Positions 24,601 to 36,600 of a stretch of 50,541 nt of DNA are shown here, one piece after another. Source of the stretch: Catajapyx aquilonaris. Taxonomy: Eukaryota. Location of the stretch: the NCBI GenBank assembly GCA_000934665.2, contig KZ538730.1, positions 1 to 50,541 of the forward strand. The letters run 5' to 3'. The stretch's first letter is position 1, and the number at the start of each line of letters is the position of its first letter. Made by a program: the position numbers and the translations under genes. The notes under the pieces were generated by a model that searched no databases, was not told the DNA's origin, and was given only the letters and a program-made list of their open reading frames with translations.

Positions 24601-27600
24601 TTCTGTGAAAATTTCAGGTCCGTACCTCCAGCGAAACGCCAGAATCAGCGGTGCAAAGACAGAACTGCACCCGTGTCTCGGCCAAACTTGGAACGCGATT
24701 CTGAAAAATCACTTAAGTATCCGGCGCCCTTAACTGTGTAAAAACAAAATGGCTGCGTCGTGAAGGCGATGTGCGCAGAAGGACTGCGCGGTAGCTCAAT
24801 ATGCGCAGAACAGCTGCGCGGTAGGGGCGTATGTGCAAACTAACTTAAGAGCCATGTAAATCATCTAATAATATAATTTAATGCTCATAATGATTAATAA
24901 TTAATAATATTAATGATTTAATTATCATAATTTAACTTAATGACTTAAACTTCAAAGGTGTCATTTCTGGAGTCAAATAGCAGATTCATAGGTATACCTT
25001 TTGCGTCTATTGTCCAACAATCACTCAACTTGTAAAAATCACATCTGACATTACAGTAATTCTCCATTGCAGGTAATGCCATCCTGGTTTTCATACCAGT
25101 CCATCACGTTCTGGTTTTAATTAACTGTCCAGTAGCATTACGATCCATTACATTTGAAAAGCAGCTTTTTTTCTCACGTCATTATGCAGATCGGTACGTT
25201 TTTTTCCCCCCCGATCACTCCCACTAATCTCGTCCATTGTGTCGATATTTGCATTTTTGAGGACAAGTCTCATTATGGATGTGAAGTACTTTATTACTCT
25301 GTTTGCTGTTGACAAGCACATTTTGGAAGAGCCATGTTTGTCCGATCGCATTACAACAGAATCTGGTAATGGACAGTGTCCAGCTAATGCTGATTGTAAA
25401 TATTCTAAAACAAATAGTGACCAGTTTAAAATTCGCTTCCTAACCGGTGTGAGCTTTAAGTTGATCTACGACGTCCATTTTTTTTCCTCGCCCTAAAACC
25501 AGTCTCTGGCAAAGCTTAACGTACCTTTTCTCTGAGCCCTCCTGGGGGAAAGAGTCACGGTCTGGTTGGTCTCCCCGAATTAAGATATTGGCTGGGAGAA
25601 AACCGTGACTCGAATCTTGGTAGGAGTTTCATATAAAATTCTAAGGGTGTTCCACAATTGTAAAGGTAAGATTGGATTCAGAGCCTCGTGAGGTTTATTG
25701 TTGTGCAAAAACCAGGGTTCAACAGGTGCGCCAGGCACATTTGACAAAATAGTAGGGGGAGCGTAGAGTGTAATTTTGCAAAGTGCATGTGCATTTTTCA
25801 AAGGAGGGTGAACTTTGAAGAGGTTTCTGGCATGCTATCCAGAAGAGTATAGGCGTGTTCAAAAGGGTTGCAAAAATTTTGGTTCAGCAACGTTTGTGAA
25901 TCGTTTGTTAAAAAGTACGTTATTTTATATTACAGTAGAACGTCGATTATCCAACATCAGTTTTTCCGACAGTCCCGCTCCAGAAATAAATATATTTTTC
26001 TCATCAAATACCGGTACTGTAATTTTTCTCATTATTTGTACATTTGTAAGTAAATAATTATTAAGTTAAATTATTATTCTGAAATTGGTTTCGCCCCTAC
26101 CGCCCATTTTCTGCGCATATCGTACCTAATACGCACTTGTTCTGCGCATATCGTACCTACTGCGCACTTGTTCTGCGCATATCGTACCTACTACGCACTT
26201 GTTCTGCGCATATAGCGTCTACTGCACAGTCCTTCTACGCACATCGTCCTCACGACGCAGCCATTTAGTTATTACGCACTTAAACTCATAATACTAATTA
26301 ACTGTAAATCAACGCATAACTCAGTTTTGCAGCATACACTCTGTACCGTAATTTGTTTCGCATTGCCTCAGGGAAATGGTAAATACAGTACAGTAGAATA
26401 TGCATTAAAAGATTAATACTTCACCTTTTTAAAGCATAATATTGTACTATCGGGTTCAAATACTTTAGGCCACTTTATGAAGCAACCCTTCGCACAGACT
26501 CCACGTTAAGGAGGTGTGTGTGTAAAGGGTTGCTTCAAGACCAGGATAAAGTGGTCAAAAGTATTTGAACCCTATAGTACATTATTGTTGTTTCATTAAT
26601 CATCGGATTATCCCACATATTTTGTGTTCCGACCATGTCCTCTTGTAGGTGACGGATAATCGGGGTTCTACTGTAATTAATTTATTGTGTGATTTCCATA
26701 GCGCCTGCAGGTTATGCTTCACATTGTACAAGGATGCTGTTGCATACATGCCAGGATGAAACATTTCCTCCCCATTATGACACACCCTGTGCCCAAATGT
26801 ATAATGATCTTAGCACCCAGTCCGTTTTGTAGAAGACGGTTTCTCCACGGTCTATAACCCAACATAGAGCGTGCTTATCAGTTTAGAACCGAGTCAAAAC
26901 TTTGTTCCGGAGAAGATGGATCCAGAGGCTGTGGCATATTTTCCTGGCATGTGCAGAGAGAAACTACGGCAGCTGAGCGACTCTGTTCTAACTGTTTCGT
27001 GTATAATGACGATCGATCCGTTAGCTGGGAAATTTTGTTAATTAATGCCGCCTCTCGGTTTTATTCCTACCCCCTCCTCCTCCTCCTCCTCCTCTTTCTC
27101 TCTTCCTCTACTTCACATCTCCATCCTATGGACCACTTTTCAAGATTGGATGCAAGGGAAAAGACGCTCCTTGCTAATTCGTCAGGAATAATTAATAAGC
27201 GAGGATGGGAGGGGGGTTTTAAGGGAAGAAAAAAATAATCATCTGGGTTAGGAGACATGCTTATTAATCTGATGGTTGGATTATCGCTTTGTTAGATGCT
27301 ATTGCAGTGACTAGGATGGAATATGTCGCAATAACTATTGAATATGTGCACTTTAAAAATATTTTTATGAACAAACGACATGATATTGAGAATTTTAGGA
27401 AGTCCATATGCATGAATTATTTTTTTGTGTTTAAAAAAAATATTTCTACGAACAACCGCCATGATATTACGAACTTTAGCAAGTCCATACATACGCCTGA
27501 ATTATTTCTGTGCGTTAAAAAAATAATGAACAAACGCCTTGATATTACGACGAATGTTGGGAATTCCATACATTATGCCTAAATTAATTTTTAGTGAATT

Positions 27601-30600
27601 TTAAATTGTTCCACAACTTCCTATCGACTTTTTATATAAAAAAATGTGCAATGGGAAAATGCCAGCTGGCAACACACATTTTGCTCCACTAGATAATAAC
27701 CTTCTGAATCCCTACATTATTACGCCCATGTCAGAGAATCCCTTCCCCTCCAAAAAAAAGGGGAATATCCGTCCCCCTTCCACCCCAGCCCTACCCCACT
27801 AAAACGTTGAAGTTTGTTTCAGCTCCCTGGTTTAAATTCGCAGACTTTATCTGGCACAAATTTATCTTCATTACAAGCCAGAGGGAGGCCTGCATGGCGA
27901 CAGCCATAAATTTTTATCAAGAAAAACTCCTCCCACTATACACAGGTTTTCTTCCGCGTTCGTAAGAGTATATATATATATATTATGGTGAACGATCGTT
28001 GCATTACATAACGGGCGTATGAAGTCCTGCCCCGCTTTAGTAATTCAATGTCGATGTTGCGTGAGAGCAAATTATATCACGTCCGCATGTGAGCTCATGC
28101 GATAAAATTTATTGCATGCCTTTTTTTGTGCAATTGAGAGCCACTGCATGCACGGCTTGCAATTAGGGGGCCTCAGGAGTTAGAAGTTGAAGGGAATTGA
28201 TGAGGTGGTTTATGGATCAGTCTGGTTAATATTCGTTTGATAGGAGATATCGATGTAGATGTTGAAAATCGATTAGAAATTGGTGTATAAATTGGATATC
28301 TGAAATCGATTAAAATTTGTGTATAAATGGGATATTTTGTATTTTATTAATTTTTTTATTTGTCATATCCCGTGCCTTTGGCTTCCTTAGGGGGGTGGAT
28401 TACCACCATTGGATGGGATCAGGGATAGGAATGTAAGGCTGTTGCCTATTTTTACGGAAACGACCCCGGAATTGTCCTGGTGGGGACCATGGAAAACAAC
28501 AGAAATGCATGGTCAGGGTCGCCGGTCCCGGGATTCGAACCCAGGACCTCCCAATTAGCAGGCGGGCTCCTTATCCCCTACACCAACCTGCTTCGGTATA
28601 TAAATATTGTATATTTAAAATCCTTAAATATATTGATACACAATAGGCAATCGGAAATCGATAAATTGGTACATTTGGGAAAATATGATAAAAATTAATA
28701 TTCGTAAGCGAATTGAATATCTAAAATCGATAAATTGGTAGGCCTACATAAATGATTGAATATCCAAAATCGTTAAGATAGGCCTACACAATATTAGGAT
28801 ATCGGATATCGATGAATATTCGTAGATGAATTGAATATCGAAAATTGTACAAATTGTTATACATAAATTGCACATCGAAAAACAATTTAATTAATATATA
28901 AATTATTTTTTATTTATTTATTTGTTTACCCCCGTGGTGCCCTTTCGTGCTTAGGGGGGGGGAGTTAATATAAAAATTATTGAACATCGAAAATCTATAA
29001 AATTGATATAAACATGAGAAATCGGAAATCGTTACGAAAAACTGAAAATCAGATATCAAACAGCAAAAATAAGTTGAATTTTCAAACTATCAACTATAGA
29101 TATAGAAATGTTGGAAAATTAATGTCCAAAATTCTAAAAACCGACATATCAAAAATACCAAATTTGCAGAATATCGTTGAAACAAAAAGTCATGTATCGC
29201 AATCTCTTAACATGAAATGATATATCTGGCCCAAAGAATAGTGATTTTGGCCGGTATCCTGGTGAATCCAAGGGAGAGGCTGAATTGGATGACGGGTATT
29301 CCCGGGTTTAAGGATCAGTTTCGGGAAGGGCCTCGGGGGCTCCACAAGATTGACGACAGGAAGGGGGTGGAATTCGAACCTAAAATATCGCTCTTACAGC
29401 ATCCAGNNNNNNNNNNNNNNNNNNNNNNNNNNNNATTTGACTTTGGAATTTCGCATTTCGAATGTTCGCTGAATTGTTTCTCCTATAAGGTTGCTTTGAT
29501 CATGGAAATTGTATATGTCTGTTCAATGTTCAAATAAATTATGAAAATAAATTCTAATAAATAAAATATGAAAGTAAATTCTAATAAATAAAATATAAAA
29601 ATAAATTCTAATAAATAAAATATAAAAATAAATTCTAATAAATAAACTATGAAAATAAATTCTAAACTGCCTTCAGACTTAACAGTTGGTCCAGCCTTAA
29701 TTCCAATATTTCTATGACATAGTAGTACCGAAATTGCGCAACTACTAGACTAGATAGCGTCACAGGGTTGTTATGGCTGCATATCCGTTGCTACCCCGCA
29801 GGATTTTTGAAAGAGCTTCAACTGCTAACCTTGAGCAGATTTTGCAAAAGGAGTGGTTTTCAGTACATATATATACCCAGGGAGACAATAGATATTGAAG
29901 AGGATGATCCGGGGAGGTAAGCTTCTTACGAACTAGACGATACCTGTCGGTTTGGCGAAATCCGGAAAGGTTAGAAAGAAGAAATCCAAATCCGAACGAA
30001 AGGAGATTTTGCAAGGGCGAATGACGTCAGTAGCTCCTTGAGAAATTGCGCAATATTTGTCCAACAATCTTGAGTGCACTGGTGTACGATTGGGACTTAT
30101 CACCGAGTATGGACTGTACAACGGAATATTTTGTGAAGAATTTTGACAGTTTTGTTGCATACTCTCCCAGGTCAGGGAGCATACATAATCTATATAAATA
30201 AAGCTGTTTGTGAATCTGTCTGTCTGTCTCTCTGTCTGTCTGTCCGCCTACCAACCGTCATTTACCTGCCATCTGTGCTCCACCCCCAGGCCGGGAGAGG
30301 AAGGAGGTGTTGGGGGTTGACTACAGATGGCAGGCAAATGACGGTCGCCGTTATACAGGCGGGAGAGGTTGAAGGTGTTGGAGTAGCAGGACCACAGATG
30401 GCATTGGTGGGCGGACACACAGAAAGATAGGGGGTACTGGCAGGTGTTTCCCTTCATTCATTTCTTCCCTGGCAACACCGGGTGCCGCAGCTAGTACTAC
30501 ATAAGAGGCGCAAACATACGATTCGCACGTCTCTCTGTTTGGGCTGTTGCCAAGGGCTGTTGCCATTTTGAAGCGGGGGCAACGCCAATGAGGTATAAAT

Positions 30601-33600
30601 AGGGTACAGGCAGGCTGTAAAGGTCCTCCATCTTTGATGGTTTTGGCGTCCATGGCACTTCACGGCAAGAACACGCGCGAATTTGAATATTTTTGACGTA
30701 GAAAAGTGCAAGGAGCTCATACGGCAAAAATATTCAAATTCGCGCCTGTTCTTTCCGTGAAGTGCCATGGCCGCCAATACCATCAAAGATGGCGGACCTT
30801 TACGGCCTGCCTGTACCCTATTTATACCTCGTTGGCGTTACCCCCGTTTCAAAATGGCCGCCAGCCTTGGCAACGGCCCCAAACAGAGAGACTCGGACAT
30901 CAAAAGTTTGCGCCTCTTAGTATATGTAGTATATGCTCCCAGCCCAGGTTACTCACATAAATGCCACAATACACGCAGAAGACAATTTTGTTGCATGTGT
31001 CCCATGCACTCACATATGTACCGTGTATAGGTGACATTTCAAGTTTTCCTGTACTACAAAGGTACAGTAATGAGTATGTCGTATTCCTCAAATGTAGGGA
31101 ATATATTGCAAAATATTGCATATTCCCCACTCTATCCATTAGTTAGTCATATTCACTCCAGGGATATGGCTTACAGTACATGCGAACAATTCTTTCGGTT
31201 CACTTATATAGGGAATGACATTTTCCTGCAGTGGTTATTAAACAAGAATATGTTACTACTGTAGGTCTAGCTATACAGTTGTGGTGCCCTGGAGATACGA
31301 CCATAAAACGGCAATTCCTACCATGCTTATACTGTCCCCTAACGACCTCACTTGATGCATGTTTCCTCGCATCGATTCTGCACAGAACAATAAACACTTA
31401 GGATGCTTATGGCCCTAAAAGATGGGGGAATAACATGTGTGTCCCAAGTTCTAAAAAAAAAAAAAAATGGTTATGCTTCCCACGAGGTTCGCATCCAAAA
31501 TTTTGAGGGAAGGTAAAATGTGATGCTTGGACCATGATCGAGAAGAGTGATCCTCTAGTATATAACCCGCCTTAGATGATGATGATCTTGGCAAAAGTAA
31601 TTTTGCAGAAGGGGATCCTGGTTAGTTTGTTCAAGGAGAGGGTCAAATAAGTTGTGGCGTGTACCAGATGGTGCAAAAGGTGCCGTGCTAACATTGCCTG
31701 TAATTACGTTTGCGTACATGGCATGGATAATTCTTGGAAAGTTGAATCGCTCCTGAGGCACGCCATGGAATGGTATTAAAATTTAAAAGTGATAAAATTA
31801 AAATAAATAACCACGTAACATAATAATAAATTACAATGACAATAATTATTGCCATTGTAATTTATTATTATGTTACGTGGTTATTTATATTAATTTTATC
31901 AATAATTTTTAAATTTTAATATTCATTGGGTATTAATTAATTAATTCGTTAATACCTTTGTATATTATACCCAATGAATAAATAATAAGACATACAAGAT
32001 GATGAAAATAATCATAATCATAACAGACAATTACATGATAATGTATAATAATACAGGGCAAACCGAGTTGATTTCAATGCCAGCGGACTAGAAAAATGTG
32101 AGCGAAGCGAGTGTTTTCTAGTAATACGCCGTACATTAAAAAGTAAGACAAATAAATGCAGCATAAATTACATACATACAATAAATTAAATGACATATAA
32201 TAAGCAATATAAATTCAAATAATTATGAGTGTGAAAATAATAACTAATAACGTTACAATGAATTAAATTACAACAAATTAAGATTCAATTCATATATTTG
32301 CAAAATATTAAATTTTAATAAATTAATACCCAATGAATTACATTGAAGTAAATTAATTCCCAATGAATTACATTGAAGTAAATTAATTCCCAATGAATTA
32401 CATTGAAGTAAATTAATACCCAATGAATTACATTACAATAACTTAAGCTATAAAAATGATTAGATAAAAATAATGCTCATTTTGCTATTTTGCATTAGAT
32501 TGTCATATAATTATTGATATTTTAAAACACGACTTTTTAAGCATCGTGCGCCTTGGTCAGTTTTAGTCTTCGGTACACCCAGTTCTGTAATAAACTTAGT
32601 TAGATAATAATTATCTCGGTACTGGACGTGTCATAATACAGAGCACACATTTTTTCATTGGGCCCAAAAAGAAATGGCCAAATTACATGCGTCGCATCCC
32701 AAAATAAGCCAGACTCATATCTCTTGCACCACTGTTTTTTTTCCCGGGCACTCGTTAAGGATGCAAAGCAAGCGACAAACGAGGCCTAATTGCGGTCAGG
32801 TTGTCACATTTCATTACCGGACTTATCGCCGGTCCGTGCGTTTTTTTTGTGGGGACATTTTGAGATTAATGCTAACCAGCATCTGCCCAGTTTACTGTTG
32901 TCCACCTCCATTAGAAGAGCTAGGGTGAAAAAAATATAATTTACCGTCTCCACCATTTTTTTCTGCTAACAATAGTAAAGTGCTGGCAGAATACATTGCG
33001 AGAGACAGTTAAGATGAAAATGGTGGTTATTTACGGGGTAGTTCCTGGGTTATTTTTTGGAGAGTAAAAATGAATTACTCCGTCCTCAAATTGAGAATGG
33101 AGTGTATTTTTATGCGTTGTTACATTTTTATGGATGTTCATTTGTTGCATTTACGATACCTTCTGCATTGATATTTAACAGTCATTAAATTCCTCCATTA
33201 TTTTTATATTATTTATATATTTATGCATTTTATACAATTTTTTATGTGCCGGTACGTATTCATTATTTATCTTGTTTATTATTTTACAAACAGGAGACCT
33301 GTTCTTCACACAGGGATTAATAAATGAAAGAAAGTTATGACATTTTTATAAGACATCAGTGTGCCAAGTTTCAGTACTCTCATTAGTCGTAAAGTGTGTT
33401 AGGTAGTCCGGACAAACAAACTTTCTCATTTACATGTAGAGATTTTTTTACTTTACTTTACTTCATTTGATATTTAATTTTATTCAATTTAATATATATT
33501 TAATTTTATTCAATTTGATATATTTAATTTTATTCAATTTAATATATTTAATTTTATTCAATTTAATATATTTAATTTTATTCAATTTAATATATATTTA

Positions 33601-36600
33601 ATTTAATTCAATTTAATTTTATTCCATTTAATATATATTTAACTTTATTCTATTTAATTTTATGCTATTTAATTTTATATTTAATTTTATATTAGTTTTT
33701 ATTTATTTAATTTTTATTATACAATATTTATCTTTATTTATTTTATTTTTATTGTACAATATTTATTTTTATTTATTTCATTTTTATTTACTATATTTTT
33801 ATTATGCAATATTAATTTTTATTTATTTTATTTTTATTATACAATATTAATTTTTATTTATTTTATTTTTATTATACAATATTTATTATTATTTATTTTT
33901 ATTAATATTTATTTTATTTTTATTAATATTTATTTTATTTTTATTATATTTTTTATTTTTATTTTATGTAATGTTTGTTATATATTAGTATTTTCTTTAA
34001 TGGTTATTAACTTATTATTTATTTACTTATTGTTTGTTGATTATTTATTTATTTACTTATTGTTTGTTTGTTTGTGTTTCTTAATTATTATTGATTTATC
34101 TATTGTTAGTTAGTTAGTTATTTATTGCAAGTTATTAGTTATTTATGGTTAGTTATTATTTATTTATTGAAGTTATTAGTTATTTATTGTTAGTTATTAG
34201 TTATTTATTGTTAGTTATTAGTTATTTATTGTTAGTTATTATTTATTTATTGTGCATTAGTTATTATTTTATTAATGCATTATTCTAGTTATAAAAATGG
34301 CTGTGCTTCTTGCAAGCGGAAAAGAAGTTGGGAAAGAAATTAGTAGATGGCGCAGGCTTCTTCCTTCCGAAATATATCGGCACGACGTGTCGACAGCATG
34401 ACTTCAGCATTTTAATACAGACGACCTGATCCCCCCTGTGGCCAAGTGGTTAACTGTTTGTGACAGTAACGATATCTGTTTTCACTTTGACCCCCCCTCA
34501 GATGTGTGCCTTGAAGCGGGAATGGCAGCTTCTGCCCAACTCCCAGCAGGGAAGCCAGTCTCTGAACGTGGAATCTGAAGACCTGAAGAAGATAAAGAAA
34601 GTGCAGAGCTTCTTCCGTGGATGGCTGTGCAGGAGAAGATGGAAGCAAATAGTCGAGGAATACATCAAGTCACCACATGCTGAGAGCATGAGGAAGAGAA
34701 ATAGGTTAGAACAATTTGTATATAGTGTTCAACTATTGTTTTTCTATAGTTTCAACCCCTAGTGTTGATGACGTGAATTGTATTTTTTTGTTAAAAAAAA
34801 AAGAAGCGTGGCCACAGAACCAGGCTCAGTTGGGGACCATTCCCTGCAAATGTTCCGCCCATTTTTGAGCTGGAGAACCACATAGATCGATAGAACACTC
34901 TATAACACTAAATGCTGCAACCCGCAGAGTACAACTTGCAACCAGCATTTGACATTTTATTCCGCAAGTTAGTCCAGGCTTAACCATTGGACAAATACTA
35001 AACAGTGGGGAGGCTTGAACGGGCCCGTTTAATTATGCAAAGCACCGGTCATTAAATATTTACAGGCCATTAGCATATGAGAAAGGATGGTGAGGGGGGG
35101 GGGGTAGCAGTAATTAATTAAGGATCATGCAGGCAAACTTGTCTAGTTGTGGCCTATTTTTTTGGTGCTCCTTGATTACTTGGGATTATCTCAACGGTTG
35201 TTCTGGAGTTGCGTGGTTTGCAGTATTTTAGCAGTGCGAATCTGGAAGTTAATTGGCTTCATTATTTGGAGGATAATGCAAACTAATATGAAGCCTTTGA
35301 ATTGCATTAGATAAATGAATTGACTCATTTGCATAATTTTATTTACTGTAGCCAACACAGTGAATATAATAATTATATCGCCTGGGTTCATACATTTTGT
35401 AACTATAAAATTGATAAAATAGCTACATAGGAACAAATCTCAAAATTAGTGCGCAAAAATCAGTGCCTTTCGCTTCTAAAAGCCAGACTTTAGCAGTTGA
35501 ACGAATTTCACGCCCGTTTAATTCTCTTTAGCACGTTAATTAAAATGGAAACAACTGCCTTCGCTAACACTGCTGCCGATTTCATTCCAGGCGCATTCAA
35601 CTCCTATAAATGGTCCTTCTCTTCCTCTCCTCTTTTGTTGGCCTACTGCAGTCTGCCAGATAAAGGTTTTCTAAATGGAAGCGTACGCCTGAAGCCAAAT
35701 AAGTAATGGGAGAAACATGGCCGAAAAAAAGCGATACGAAAAAGTCTTTTTTTTTAAAGAAAAAATTTTTGAAGCAGATACTCTCAGATATTCCTATTTT
35801 GCAAAAAAAAAAAACAATAGGGTTAAAAATACAGCTAATATTAGATTTAACGGTATAACATAATTAGGTATAAATGGGTTATCGAATATTCATTCAAAAA
35901 TAGGTGCTTCCGGTGTATGCTACTACTTTAAAGCAAAATTAATGTCCACTTAGCCAACCACATATCATCTAAATGTAATGGTAAAATTAGTAGCTTGTTA
36001 CAATAGCAGTTTCCGTGTAATAATATTTTAGCCATTTTCTTAAATAATTCTCACCTGTAACTATAGTGCAGCTAACGCATTGCAATTCTGGTCTGTATCC
36101 GACCCAAATGTATTTTTGATTAGACTTTATCCCTGTTCTCAAGCCAGCCCGGCGAGAAGCCTCCCATAAAACCGGATTAAAACCCTGGAGTTTACGAGCA
36201 ATTTTAGTAATTTCGTTTTCCTCATGCCCTCCTGGGCCAGACCCAAACCATGAAATATGCATGTTTTTAGGTGCATCCCAAAGTGTTTACATCGCCTCGA
36301 CTCAGCTAATCAGTTTTGGGTGTAACAGCCCCCCCCCCATGTAATAGCAATTCTTAATTAATATCAGCCACAGGTGCGGTTTTAATAATAAATTTTGCAA
36401 TTTTGACCGTTAAAAAATAACCGTTGACTGAACTGTTTCGTATGCGGAGCTTCAGACTAACAAAGAGCGAAATATCTGACTTTCTCTATTGATTTGGCTC
36501 CGAACATGCTTTCGCTCTTAAGCTTGGCTGATATTGGATGCGAAATGTAGAATCTTCTCGTCTCTATGCTCTCATTGTTCATGAGGCTTCTATAACTTTG

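Noticed and set aside
28520..28597. tRNA gene
   Set aside because: Has A/B boxes but no convincing cloverleaf, and it continues into a SINE-like body and tail.
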